This document shows positions 18,076 to 27,699 of a stretch of DNA of 64,000 bases, in pieces (within the stretch, counting starts at the first letter, position 1; every line of letters begins with the position of its first letter). The position numbers and the translations under genes are program-made. The stretch comes from a virus (Duplodnaviria > Heunggongvirae > Uroviricota > Caudoviricetes), in the IMG/VR virus record IMGVR_UViG_3300045988_149737, one strand, 5' to 3'. The notes under the pieces are model-generated. The model did no database searches. It saw nothing but the letters and a program-made list of their open reading frames with translations, and was not told the DNA's origin.

Positions 18076-18780
18076 ATGAACAACCTCCAGTTAGAGCATT
18101 TTAACGTCACAGGCCATTCTGATTTTCCTTTCAAGTTTACATTGAAAGGTTATGCAGAGGATGCGGTAGGCCAGATCATTATTGATAAAGGCATCGTTAA
18201 GTTTGAGGGGGATTTTGATGAATCCGCGAAAACATTCATAGACTTCGTTGCCAAACGTTGGAGCGAGCAATGGAAAAACCTGGAAAAGCGCGCCAATGAG
18301 TTTGATCGGTTCATGGATGCAATGGATACAGCAAAAGAGGCTCTTGATGCCGGGACTCCGTTAGATCTGGAGTCACTTTTCAACGGCGAAGTGGCCTCTG
18401 CGATGTTTGCCACCATGTTCGCGGGTGAGTTCGTCCGCAGCGGTGCCAAAAACTACCTTGAGCTGGATTACAACGTCCCTGCAATTGGCGATTTCGTCGT
18501 TACCATCCAACGCAAAGAAGGTAAGACGCCAGGTGAACGCGTCGCAGAGCTTGAGGCCGTTGTGGATCAGCGTAACGGAGAGTGTGACCGTTTGATCAAC
18601 GAGCTTCATGCACTTCGGGAAGAAAGAATATGCGCGGGTAGTAATACACGTAATGCAGCGGATATCTACTTCCAGTTAGTTGAGGAATGCCAGATTCCAC
18701 CAGGTGGCTCTCTTGTCGATTACGTAAGACATTTAATGGCGGAAGTTAGCTCCAGCCATAAAGATGGTGAGGTGCGCTGA
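18076..18780 (+). CDS. hypothetical protein
   Basis: 234 aa; RBS agagaaaaa. Confidence 0.5.
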   Translation: MNNLQLEHFNVTGHSDFPFKFTLKGYAEDAVGQIIIDKGIVKFEGDFDESAKTFIDFVAKRWSEQWKNLEKRANEFDRFMDAMDTAKEALDAGTPLDLESLFNGEVASAMFATMFAGEFVRSGAKNYLELDYNVPAIGDFVVTIQRKEGKTPGERVAELEAVVDQRNGECDRLINELHALREERICAGSNTRNAADIYFQLVEECQIPPGGSLVDYVRHLMAEVSSSHKDGEVR

Positions 18781-19160
18781 TGTTTGGCATTGACGCACAG
18801 CGTATAGCCGCTTTTGCAAAAAGCCCTCTTGATAATCCCTTGTCTCGTAGTGAGCAAATGGAGTTGGCAAGGCTTTTTCTTCACATTCAAAAACAGGCAG
18901 ACATTTTCAATAACATGCCTAATCAACCTATTCTGGATGGTCACATCCAGATGGTCATTAACAGTCATGAGAAAGGCTGGGCTGCAATCGTCCCCAGCAC
19001 AATTACATACAAGTTGGCGAAAGAGGTTCAAGAGTTTCGAAAAGCCAGTGTCGAATCTGAGTCTACCAAAGCCGCAATAAACACTCTTATTCGCATGGGA
19101 TTCACATGGAACGGTGGAGCCTACTGGCAAGCACCTCACCCCATTTTATCCGGCAATTAG
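18780..19160 (+). CDS. hypothetical protein
   Basis: 126 aa; start overlaps upstream stop. Confidence 0.45.
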   Translation: MFGIDAQRIAAFAKSPLDNPLSRSEQMELARLFLHIQKQADIFNNMPNQPILDGHIQMVINSHEKGWAAIVPSTITYKLAKEVQEFRKASVESESTKAAINTLIRMGFTWNGGAYWQAPHPILSGN

Positions 19161-19279
19161 ACGCTACAAATCCTTCTGCGTGAATAAATAAAGGCCATAA
19201 GTTGTGGCCTTAAATAAATTGTTTTCTGCCTTTTCTTATTTGTGAAAATAACCACAACTAGAAAACAACGGAGTTAAGA

Positions 19280-19921
19280 ATGTCTAGTATTTCCGAAGCA
19301 CATATGTTCGCCGCTGGCGCTCATGGTGGCGTTGGTCAGAAAAGAAAATATACCGGCGAAAACTACATCAACCACCCGGTTGCTGTCCGAGAGATTGTTG
19401 CATTGCATGACGGAACCGTGGAGATGCAAATCGCGGCGCTTCTGCATGATGTGGTCGAAGACACCCATGTAACCATAGAGATGGTTCGTGATCACTTCGG
19501 TGAGCGCGTAGCTGAAATGGTTCAGGCTCTGACCAACATTGCAAGGCCAGAAGACGGCAATCGAATACAGCGTTTCATCATCAATGTCCGGGAGCTGGAG
19601 CAAAATCTCGACATGCAGACGCGCATGATCAAGCTGGCTGACCTGCTCGACAATACCTCTTCTATCGTGAGTCGCGATCCTGAGTTTTCAGCTATCTACC
19701 TTGCAGAGAAAGAGCTGATGCTGGACGTACTTTTTAACGGGAAGGAGATTGGTGCCAACGCTGATGTTGTCGAGTACATGGAGAGGATAGGTATAGAACA
19801 CCCGTTGTTATTAAGCGCAAAGGCGAAAGTCACTGAAGGTATTGCGCTTCTGAAACCGGTACACATCAAACGTTATGAAAAACACAAATCGCTGATCTGG
19901 AGCGCGTGGGAGGCTGCATGA
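19280..19921 (+). CDS. Rel/SpoT-like HD-domain hydrolase (putative (p)ppGpp hydrolase)
   Basis: YINHPVAVREIVALHDG ... AALLHDVVEDT ... EMVRDHFGERVAEMVQALT is collinear with the hydrolase domain of Rel/SpoT enzymes; no synthetase domain. Confidence 0.8.
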   Translation: MSSISEAHMFAAGAHGGVGQKRKYTGENYINHPVAVREIVALHDGTVEMQIAALLHDVVEDTHVTIEMVRDHFGERVAEMVQALTNIARPEDGNRIQRFIINVRELEQNLDMQTRMIKLADLLDNTSSIVSRDPEFSAIYLAEKELMLDVLFNGKEIGANADVVEYMERIGIEHPLLLSAKAKVTEGIALLKPVHIKRYEKHKSLIWSAWEAA

Positions 19922-20460
19922 AGGTCGAAAAAATAGATGTTCTTTCCTTTGTGCTGACGGATCTGGAACGCCTCGATCCGGTTCGAGTGATGATTGAAAA
20001 CTACGAACCTGGTAAGGGAAGAATCACCATCACCTGCTACGGAAAAGCGTGGACTGCGGCTTGGTTTGCTATGGGCGGTGATGATGTGCAGACGTTCATT
20101 AAGCGAGTTAGCAACGATTATCTAATCGACAATTTCGACCCTCAACTGCTAAGCACGGTCGACGATGACAACGATGCAAATCTGCTTTTCGTAAAGTCAG
20201 AAATCATAAAGTTACGAAGAGAGAGAGAAATAGACGCCGTACTGGCTCGCGAAATGTGGGACGAGGCGGAAAACGCCGATGACGTAAAAGAAAGCTGCTG
20301 TTGTTTCGGCGTCGGTAACAAACTGCTGAATCTCTTTGGTGATGATCCGTGGTATGCCGACTGGCCAACGGTACCAAACCCGAAATACCAGTATCTGGAA
20401 CGCATTGTGAACGCGGTACGTGAAGGGCTGAAAGAGTTAGATAAGTTAGAGGCATCGTAA
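19918..20460 (+). CDS. hypothetical protein
   Basis: ATGA overlap with upstream stop. Confidence 0.45.
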   Translation: MKVEKIDVLSFVLTDLERLDPVRVMIENYEPGKGRITITCYGKAWTAAWFAMGGDDVQTFIKRVSNDYLIDNFDPQLLSTVDDDNDANLLFVKSEIIKLRREREIDAVLAREMWDEAENADDVKESCCCFGVGNKLLNLFGDDPWYADWPTVPNPKYQYLERIVNAVREGLKELDKLEAS

Positions 20461-20903
20461 TGAGAGAGAAAATCAAGAACCCGGTCGTCGTATTGTATAA
20501 ACGGGAAACCAGCGATTCTTATGCGGTATCCATCACTGATGGAAGCCAGAACATGCACGATGGTCTGCTAATGGCCTCCGTATCTCCTGATGATTCTGAC
20601 TACCCTTTCGCCACTTTCGCTATGGTTGGTTACTACATGGCTGCCGAAATTGAGAAGTTGCGTGTTGAGCTGGAGACCGTTAAACAGCGGGAAAAGGATC
20701 TGTTTATGGAAAATGTTCGACTTAAGTCAGGTATAGCAGGTCTGATACACCTCGGTATTCGATATGCGGATGTCGAAGTCATGAAAATAGCTGGAGATGC
20801 CCAGCTTTCTACTCCCTGTACTGACAGCATCATAAACAGTATTGCATCAGGCGTTTTCACCAAAGAGGGTCAGCATGATGAGAACAGTAGAAGTTCGCGC
20901 TGA
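20460..20903 (+). CDS. hypothetical protein
   Basis: 147 aa; start overlaps upstream stop. Confidence 0.45.
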   Translation: MREKIKNPVVVLYKRETSDSYAVSITDGSQNMHDGLLMASVSPDDSDYPFATFAMVGYYMAAEIEKLRVELETVKQREKDLFMENVRLKSGIAGLIHLGIRYADVEVMKIAGDAQLSTPCTDSIINSIASGVFTKEGQHDENSRSSR

Positions 20904-21063
20904 AGATGTAATCCCAGGTGATGTGGTCATAACATCTAAAGGCAAACGATGTGCGGTTAAATCTTTCTGGATGGAAGGTGACAAAGTGACTCTGTTCGGT
21001 ACAGATGGTTCCGAAACGGATTATGACTACGACGAATTGCTTGTTGTTGAGAGAGCTGCCTAA
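20875..21063 (+). CDS. hypothetical small protein
   Basis: 62 aa from ATG at 20875 with RBS agaggg; overlaps end of upstream gene. Confidence 0.35.
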   Translation: MMRTVEVRAEDVIPGDVVITSKGKRCAVKSFWMEGDKVTLFGTDGSETDYDYDELLVVERAA

Positions 21064-21716
21064 TGACCACCGTTAACAATAAGAAATGCTACCCAAGCGA
21101 GAAATATCTTAATGAGCTGATCACCAACATTGAGTTTGCTGCAAGGGCACCAGTTGAAGTCGTGAGAGCGATTGCAGCAGAGCTACAGAAGCACCGTAAG
21201 GCCTATGCCAATACAGCCGCATCTAAGGATGGTTGGATAAGCTGTAGTGAGCGAATGCCTGTAATTGGCGAGCTAAATTGGAGAACTAGTTTTCCTTTAC
21301 TGGTTACGTGTGAGATCGGCGTTATACCTGCTTATTACGGCTTTGTGAGCGTTAATGGTGATAGGCATTATGGCTTTATGGAGAGTCTTAAATACGGAGA
21401 CGATAACGGCAACCATCCTCAAACTAATGAATATGGTCTGATTAGCAATGTCACACACTGGATGCCACTACCAGAACGCCGCAGGAGTCGAACAGTGAAT
21501 AATGCAGAGTTATTTCAGAAAATATCGGCTCTCGCGACTGAATGCCACGCTATAGCATCTGAGCTTGATGTTGGCGATGAACGAACCGAGATGTTCGAAA
21601 TATACAGTGTGCTGCGCAATCTCTGTCGGCGTGGCTACGCCACTCAAGTAGGGCGAATGACTAACCCACTACTCTCATCCTGTGATGAGGATGATTCGGA
21701 TGAGGATGACGAATGA
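21063..21716 (+). CDS. hypothetical protein with acidic C-terminal tail
   Basis: 217 aa ending CDEDDSDEDDE. Confidence 0.5.
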   Translation: MTTVNNKKCYPSEKYLNELITNIEFAARAPVEVVRAIAAELQKHRKAYANTAASKDGWISCSERMPVIGELNWRTSFPLLVTCEIGVIPAYYGFVSVNGDRHYGFMESLKYGDDNGNHPQTNEYGLISNVTHWMPLPERRRSRTVNNAELFQKISALATECHAIASELDVGDERTEMFEIYSVLRNLCRRGYATQVGRMTNPLLSSCDEDDSDEDDE

Positions 21717-22378
21717 TGCATAAATCAGTAGCCGGTGAGTTTCAGAAGGAAGTCGATAATACTACCGTTCTATTGGACGATATTTTAAGCATTCTCGCGC
21801 TTCTTGAGGCTGGCGATTGGTCAGAACATTGCACTAAAACAGAGCTAGGCGGTCGGCTTGAAAGAGAGATTACACGACTTATTGGTGATGCGCAGGAAGC
21901 TACAGTCACTAGTTATGAGTTAATCGCTGAAGCCTGGCGTTTGATGGATGGACAAGATCCTAAAACCAGCGATTGGCATAGCAAGGCTTCGAAGTATTTA
22001 AATTCCGATAGGGTAGAAAAAGTTGATGATGTGAAACCGAAGCCAGTAGACCACGGTTTCCGCGATAACTGCGAATGCTCTAGTTGCCAGACCACGGCCC
22101 GTATTTGTTCTGAATTGACAGATAAGTCCAGCCTAATCTACGAAGTTAATGTAGGCGGTAATACATGGGTCGAATGCACAAGAGCTGCATACGTAAGAGC
22201 AAAAGACAAGGGTGAATTAACCAGAGTTGTTACCAATCACCCAAATAATGAGCTTAAAGATCACCAGATTCGAGAACTGGTGAACGAGTTGAGAGATATT
22301 GCGGTTCAGTACCACGGAACGCAGCAATTGCGGGAGAAGATTGCCAGAGCAGTGAACAACTCAGTCCGTAAAAAATAA
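21713..22378 (+). CDS. hypothetical protein
   Basis: 221 aa; contains CECSSCQ cysteine cluster. Confidence 0.5.
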   Translation: MMHKSVAGEFQKEVDNTTVLLDDILSILALLEAGDWSEHCTKTELGGRLEREITRLIGDAQEATVTSYELIAEAWRLMDGQDPKTSDWHSKASKYLNSDRVEKVDDVKPKPVDHGFRDNCECSSCQTTARICSELTDKSSLIYEVNVGGNTWVECTRAAYVRAKDKGELTRVVTNHPNNELKDHQIRELVNELRDIAVQYHGTQQLREKIARAVNNSVRKK

Positions 22379-22820
22379 GCAATAGTACGATAAAGAGGCC
22401 CCATGCTCTTGATGGGGCCTGTAGCAACTAGCGTTATGGACGCTGGTTTACGTACTCAATGATCGCTTTGATAATCGCGAACATCGGCGGCACGATTTTG
22501 AACAGTAAGTTAACCATAACAGGCCTCACTTAGTTTTATCGCGCCTAGCTGCAAATACCTTTGGGCTTGCCTTTGCAGTTGCAATATCTGTAGTCGCCAG
22601 ATACTTACGGCACGATTTCGAGTTAAGGTAAGGTTTTAGAGTCACCAAAAACCTGGACTTAAATCTTCTTTGAGAACAACGATGTTTAGTAAATGGTCAT
22701 TATTACCTGGTATGACCACTCAACGCTTCTTGATGAATCCAGTACATTCGGTTAATCTTAATTCAGTCGCCAGATACTTATGGCTCAGGAACAGAGACGC
22801 AAACTCTGTTTCCTTTTAAA

Positions 22821-22848
22821 AAGCCCAGCCTAGTCAACTGGGCTTTTT
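22821..22848 (+). terminator. rho-independent terminator
   Basis: aagcccag-cctagtcaa-ctgggctt followed by ttttt. Confidence 0.5.
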
Positions 22849-23145
22849 AACGTCTGTTTTTTAACCCAACACACCCTCAATACTGCAACATCAGTGTCTT
22901 GCAACCTAAGATAGTGTCTGTAGGTTCTTCATGCAAGTGCATAACTCAGTGGATAACTCATGAAGGAAAAAGTAGCTTCCGCGCAATTTAGACCAGACAA
23001 GGTCTTCGCAAAAGTCAACGGAAAGAGAAAAATTTGTTAAAAATAACGTTTGTTGGAATTGTATATATTTATGCCTTTCAATAGTTAGCATCTTATTAAC
23101 ATCTTTTTTAAGAGATAGAGTTCAAAAATATATAGCTTCAACATA

Positions 23146-23165
23146 TACTGTATGTATATACAGTG
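23146..23165. promoter_or_regulatory. LexA (SOS) box
   Basis: TACTGTATGTATATACAGTG fits CTGT-N8-ACAG, 17 nt upstream of the UmuD'-like gene. Confidence 0.7.
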
Positions 23166-23181
23166 TTAAGAGGCGAGTATT

Positions 23182-23571
23182 ATGGGCTTCCCTTCTCCTG
23201 CGGCGGATTATGCTGAGAGCCGTATTTCTCTTGATCAGCAGATAATTAGACATCCTTCAGCGACCTACTTCATGAGGGCAGCTGATAGTCATCATCGTGA
23301 GGGAATATTACAGGGTGCATTGCTGGTGGTCGATTCCTCACTTACCCCGGTTGATGGTTCTCTGCTTGTATGCGCTCTGGATGGGGAATATCGCGTAAAA
23401 AGATACCGGAAGTATCCACGTCAGCATCTGGAGGATTTAAGAACCGGTAAGAAGGAAGCATTGCCAAAGGATGACGATGGATGCACGGGCAGCAATGCCG
23501 TGTTTGGTGTGATCACTCACATTATCAACGACGCAAGAAGTGGCGAGTTTGATGATTGTCCCGTGATGTAG
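23182..23571 (+). CDS. UmuD'-like peptidase S24 protein (HumD-like, lacks N-terminal arm)
   Basis: 129 aa; begins MGFPSPAADY, i.e. at the position of the UmuD Cys-Gly self-cleavage site; Ser (AADSH) and Lys (VKR) at the catalytic dyad positions; SOS box upstream; no umuC-like gene follows. Confidence 0.75.
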   Translation: MGFPSPAADYAESRISLDQQIIRHPSATYFMRAADSHHREGILQGALLVVDSSLTPVDGSLLVCALDGEYRVKRYRKYPRQHLEDLRTGKKEALPKDDDGCTGSNAVFGVITHIINDARSGEFDDCPVM

Positions 23572-23583
23572 GAGAACTGATTA

Positions 23584-23608
23584 GGCGGTGCATTGCACCG
23601 CCTTTTTA
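23584..23608. terminator. bidirectional terminator between UmuD'-like gene and apbC
   Basis: ggcggtgca-t-tgcaccgcc hairpin, T-run on plus strand, A-run before it. Confidence 0.55.
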
Positions 23609-24709
23609 TCACACTGCGCGGAATGCGATTTCGCCAGGTATTACTTCACCTTGCCAATACATTTGGGCAGCAACGCGATCTGCGAGGTCACGATAAATAG
23701 CCGTAAATTCGCTATCTGGACGACTAATAACGGTTGGTGTTCCGTTATCCAGATCTTCACGAAGTGAGATATGAAGTGGCATTTGGCCTAACAACAGCGT
23801 GTTGTATTTCTCGGCCAGTTTCTGTGCGCCACCAGTGCCAAAAATTGGCTCGTGATGACCGCAGTTACTGCAAATATGCACACTCATGTTTTCGACGATA
23901 CCCAGTACCGGCACTTCGACTTTTTCGAACATCACAATGCCTTTCTTCGCATCGATCAGCGCGATGTCTTGCGGCGTAGTTACCACAACCGCACCAGTTA
24001 CAGGAATGTTCTGCGCCAGCGTCAACTGAATATCACCAGTGCCCGGCGGCATATCGAGAACGAGATAGTCCAGATCAGGCCACAGTGTTTCTTGCAACAT
24101 TTGCATCAACGCCTTGCTCGCCATAGGGCCACGCCACACCATCGCGTTGTCGTCAGTGACCAGATAACCAATTGAATTGGTTGCCAGGCCATGAGACATA
24201 ATAGGTGCCATGTGAGTACCGTCTGGTGAGGTTGGACGTTGGTTTTCCGCGCCCAGCATGGTTGGAATTGATGGCCCGTAGATATCGGCATCAAGAATGC
24301 CAACTTTCGCACCTTCAGCGGCTAACGCCAGCGCAAGGTTTACCGCCGTGGAAGATTTACCTACCCCACCCTTGCCTGAGCTGACGGCGATAATGTTCTT
24401 AACGCCATTAATGCCTGGTTGGTTTTTAACGCGCTTCAGCGTGGCAATGTTGTGAGACAGCTTCCAGTCGATAGCCTTTGCACCAGTGATACGGAGCAGA
24501 TCACCACTACATTGCTCTTTCAGGTCTTCAAAAGGCTTATTCCACACGAAAGGCATGATTAGTTCGACATGCAGTGTGTCATCCATCAACGCAACATGGT
24601 GTAACGCTTTAAGCGTAGTCAGGTTGTGTTTCAGGGTTGGGTGCTGAAAATTAGCCAGCGTACCGGCTACCATTGCTCTCAGGGCATCCGGCGATTTGGA
24701 CTCGCTCAT
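23609..24709 (-). CDS. apbC: iron-sulfur cluster carrier ATPase ApbC/Mrp
   Basis: 366 aa; P-loop SSGKGGVGKSS, CxxC (CSNCGH); collinear with my recollection of enterobacterial Mrp; divergent from metG as in E. coli; RBS aggag. Confidence 0.9.
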   Translation of the reverse strand: MSESKSPDALRAMVAGTLANFQHPTLKHNLTTLKALHHVALMDDTLHVELIMPFVWNKPFEDLKEQCSGDLLRITGAKAIDWKLSHNIATLKRVKNQPGINGVKNIIAVSSGKGGVGKSSTAVNLALALAAEGAKVGILDADIYGPSIPTMLGAENQRPTSPDGTHMAPIMSHGLATNSIGYLVTDDNAMVWRGPMASKALMQMLQETLWPDLDYLVLDMPPGTGDIQLTLAQNIPVTGAVVVTTPQDIALIDAKKGIVMFEKVEVPVLGIVENMSVHICSNCGHHEPIFGTGGAQKLAEKYNTLLLGQMPLHISLREDLDNGTPTVISRPDSEFTAIYRDLADRVAAQMYWQGEVIPGEIAFRAV

Positions 24710-24866
24710 CCCGTCTCCTTTATTTTAATTTGCGCAATTGTCGCCTTGTAGTGTACTCCAGCTACGACATTTAATCATTTATGAGAAATGCTGTTATCAC
24801 ATGGCAGACATAAGGCCATTTTGTTACTATCAAGCCCCTTTTCACTACAAAGAAGTAATGCCTACT

Positions 24867-26900
24867 ATGACCCAAGTCGCGAAGAAAATTCTGGTGACGT
24901 GCGCGCTGCCGTACGCTAACGGCTCAATCCACCTCGGCCATATGCTGGAGCACATCCAGGCTGATGTCTGGGTTCGTTACCAGCGAATGCGCGGCCACGA
25001 GGTTAATTTCATCTGTGCCGACGATGCCCACGGTACGCCGATCATGCTGAAAGCACAGCAGCTTGGTATCACACCGGAGCAGATGATTGGCGAAATGAGT
25101 CAGGAACACCAGACTGATTTCGCAGGCTTTAACATCAGCTATGACAACTATCACTCGACGCACAGCGAAGAGAACCGTCAGTTGTCTGAGCTTATCTATA
25201 CTCGCCTGAAAGAGAACGGTTTTATTAAAAACCGCACTATCTCTCAGTTGTACGACCCGGAAAAAGGCATGTTCCTGCCGGATCGTTTTGTAAAAGGCAC
25301 CTGCCCGAAATGTAAAGCGCCAGATCAATACGGCGATAACTGTGAAGTCTGCGGCGCAACATATAGCCCGACTGAATTGATCGAGCCGAAATCGGTGGTT
25401 TCTGGCGCTACCCCGGTAATGCGTGATTCCGAACACTTCTTCTTTGATCTGCCTTCTTTCAGCGAAATGCTGCAGGCATGGACCCGCAGCGGCGCGTTGC
25501 AGGAGCAGGTGGCGAACAAAATGCAGGAATGGTTTGAATCCGGCCTGCAACAGTGGGATATCTCCCGCGATGCGCCTTACTTCGGTTTTGAAATTCCGAA
25601 CGCGCCGGGCAAATATTTCTACGTCTGGCTGGACGCGCCGATTGGCTACATGGGTTCCTTCAAGAATCTGTGCGACAAGCGCGGCGATACCACCAGCTTC
25701 GATGAATACTGGAAGAAAGACTCCACCGCCGAGCTGTACCACTTCATCGGTAAAGATATTGTTTACTTCCACAGCCTGTTCTGGCCTGCCATGCTGGAAG
25801 GCAGCAACTTCCGCAAGCCGACCAACCTGTTTGTTCATGGCTATGTGACGGTGAACGGCGCGAAGATGTCCAAGTCTCGCGGCACGTTCATTAAAGCCAG
25901 CACCTGGCTGAATCATTTTGACGCTGATAGCTTGCGCTACTACTACACCGCGAAACTCTCTTCGCGCATCGATGATATCGACCTGAACCTGGAAGATTTC
26001 GTTCAGCGCGTGAATGCCGATATCGTCAACAAAGTGGTTAACCTGGCCTCCCGTAATGCAGGCTTTATCAACAAGCGTTTTGACGGCGTGCTGGCAAGCG
26101 AACTGGCTGACCCTGAACTGTACAAAACCTTTACCGATGCCGCTGAAGTGATTGGCGAAGCATGGGAAAGCCGCGAATTTGGTAAAGCTATCCGTGAAAT
26201 CATGGCATTGGCTGACCTGGCTAACCGCTATGTCGATGAACAGGCTCCGTGGGTGGTGGCGAAGCAGGAAGGTCGCGATGCCGATCTGCAAGCGATTTGC
26301 TCTATGGGCATTAACCTGTTCCGCGTGCTGATGACGTACCTGAAACCGGTACTGCCGAAACTGACTGAACGTGCGGAAGCGTTCCTGAATACGGAACTGA
26401 CCTGGGATGGTATCCAGCAACCGCTGCTGGCACATAAAGTGAATCCGTTCAAAGCACTGTATAACCGCATCGACATGAAGCAGGTTGAAGCACTGGTGGA
26501 AGCATCCAAAGAAGAAGTGAAAGCCACCGCCGCGCCAGTTACTGGCCCGCTGGCTGATGATCCGATTCAGGAAACCATCACCTTTGACGACTTCGCCAAA
26601 GTTGACCTGCGTGTGGCACTGATTGAAAACGCGGAGTTTGTTGAAGGCTCTGACAAACTGCTGCGTCTGACACTGGATCTCGGTGGTGAAAAGCGTAATG
26701 TCTTCTCCGGCATCCGTTCTGCTTATCCAGACCCACAGGCACTGATTGGTCGTCACACCATTATGGTGGCTAACCTGGCTCCGCGTAAAATGCGCTTCGG
26801 TATCTCCGAAGGCATGGTGATGGCTGCTGGCCCTGGCGGAAAAGACATCTTCCTGTTAAGCCCGGATGCCGGTGCTAAACCAGGCCACCAAGTTAAGTAA
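24867..26900 (+). CDS. metG: methionyl-tRNA synthetase
   Basis: 677 aa from ATG at 24867 ([30 protein letters not shown]); matches E. coli MetG as I recall it; ORF track start at 24738 is an upstream in-frame extension. Confidence 0.95.
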   Translation: MTQVAKKILVTCALPYANGSIHLGHMLEHIQADVWVRYQRMRGHEVNFICADDAHGTPIMLKAQQLGITPEQMIGEMSQEHQTDFAGFNISYDNYHSTHSEENRQLSELIYTRLKENGFIKNRTISQLYDPEKGMFLPDRFVKGTCPKCKAPDQYGDNCEVCGATYSPTELIEPKSVVSGATPVMRDSEHFFFDLPSFSEMLQAWTRSGALQEQVANKMQEWFESGLQQWDISRDAPYFGFEIPNAPGKYFYVWLDAPIGYMGSFKNLCDKRGDTTSFDEYWKKDSTAELYHFIGKDIVYFHSLFWPAMLEGSNFRKPTNLFVHGYVTVNGAKMSKSRGTFIKASTWLNHFDADSLRYYYTAKLSSRIDDIDLNLEDFVQRVNADIVNKVVNLASRNAGFINKRFDGVLASELADPELYKTFTDAAEVIGEAWESREFGKAIREIMALADLANRYVDEQAPWVVAKQEGRDADLQAICSMGINLFRVLMTYLKPVLPKLTERAEAFLNTELTWDGIQQPLLAHKVNPFKALYNRIDMKQVEALVEASKEEVKATAAPVTGPLADDPIQETITFDDFAKVDLRVALIENAEFVEGSDKLLRLTLDLGGEKRNVFSGIRSAYPDPQALIGRHTIMVANLAPRKMRFGISEGMVMAAGPGGKDIFLLSPDAGAKPGHQVK

Positions 26901-26919
26901 CTAAACAATCATTCTTCAC

Positions 26920-26948
26920 AATGCCCGGCAACACGCTGGGCATTTTCA
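26920..26948 (+). terminator. terminator after metG
   Basis: aatgccc-ggcaacacgct-gggcatt followed by ttcat. Confidence 0.45.
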
Positions 26949-27034
26949 TATAGACACAATCCCTCCTGATTTACACAATCCCTAAAACAATTTGTTTTCT
27001 ACCTTTTGTTGATTGAGATAATAAGCCACATAAG

Positions 27035-27048
27035 AAAACAAATTGTTT
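27035..27048. promoter_or_regulatory. operator-like palindrome AAACAA-at-TGTTT (family 1) in a promoter region
   Basis: Lies after TTTTCT(-35)-17 bp-ATAATA(-10); a second copy aaaacaatttgtttt at 26985-26999 overlaps the -35. Confidence 0.45.
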
Positions 27049-27053
27049 AGGAG

Positions 27054-27302
27054 ATGAAGATGTTTGGAACAGCAAAAGAAATCATCGAGAAACTGAAAAA
27101 CTATCCAGAAGACGAACCCTTACTCATGGTTATGTGGCACAAAGAAGATATTGCTGAAGTAAGGACAGATCTCACTGATGAACAATGCGTACAGGTGATG
27201 CAAAAAATCAGACAATGCCATAACGCTGATGTCGGCGTTAATTGGGAGGTTATATCCACTACGGCGAATGAGTTGTTTCCAAACGGGGAGAGGGGATGTT
27301 AA
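27054..27302 (+). CDS. hypothetical small protein
   Basis: 82 aa; RBS aggag; alternative start 27060. Confidence 0.45.
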   Translation: MKMFGTAKEIIEKLKNYPEDEPLLMVMWHKEDIAEVRTDLTDEQCVQVMQKIRQCHNADVGVNWEVISTTANELFPNGERGC

Positions 27303-27595
27303 ATATTACTCAATCCTACCAGGTGGCATTGATCAGTTCATCTCATACATCAGAGGAAGATGCTCGCCGATTCATGATCGCAAGCAATGAGCTGGATTGG
27401 GTTTCACAAATTGAGTACGGTTGCATAGTTCACGCCGGGTTACAGGACGATGACTGGAAAGATAACTTGCGTCGATATGGTATATCCGAGGGCGCGATTT
27501 CGAACATTCAGAAGGTACTTGATGTAGGCTTTGACTCTGTACATTTTGATTGTGGCGCACCGGTCGTTGAAGGGCTTGAGTGCTGGAACTGGTAA
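27296..27595 (+). CDS. hypothetical small protein
   Basis: 99 aa; overlaps upstream stop; RBS ggggagagggg. Confidence 0.45.
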   Translation: MLNITQSYQVALISSSHTSEEDARRFMIASNELDWVSQIEYGCIVHAGLQDDDWKDNLRRYGISEGAISNIQKVLDVGFDSVHFDCGAPVVEGLECWNW

Positions 27596-27699
27596 ATCTG
27601 AAAACATATTCAAACCGTTGATAATGGCGGTCACAATTTGATTCTTTTCTATAAGAATCCGTTGATCGCCACTACCCCCATTCCATACCCGCAATCACA

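Noticed and set aside
24924-26756. 610-aa minus-strand ORF
   Set aside because: Antisense to metG across a GC-rich gene; metG has clear synthetase motifs and the antisense product is low-complexity.
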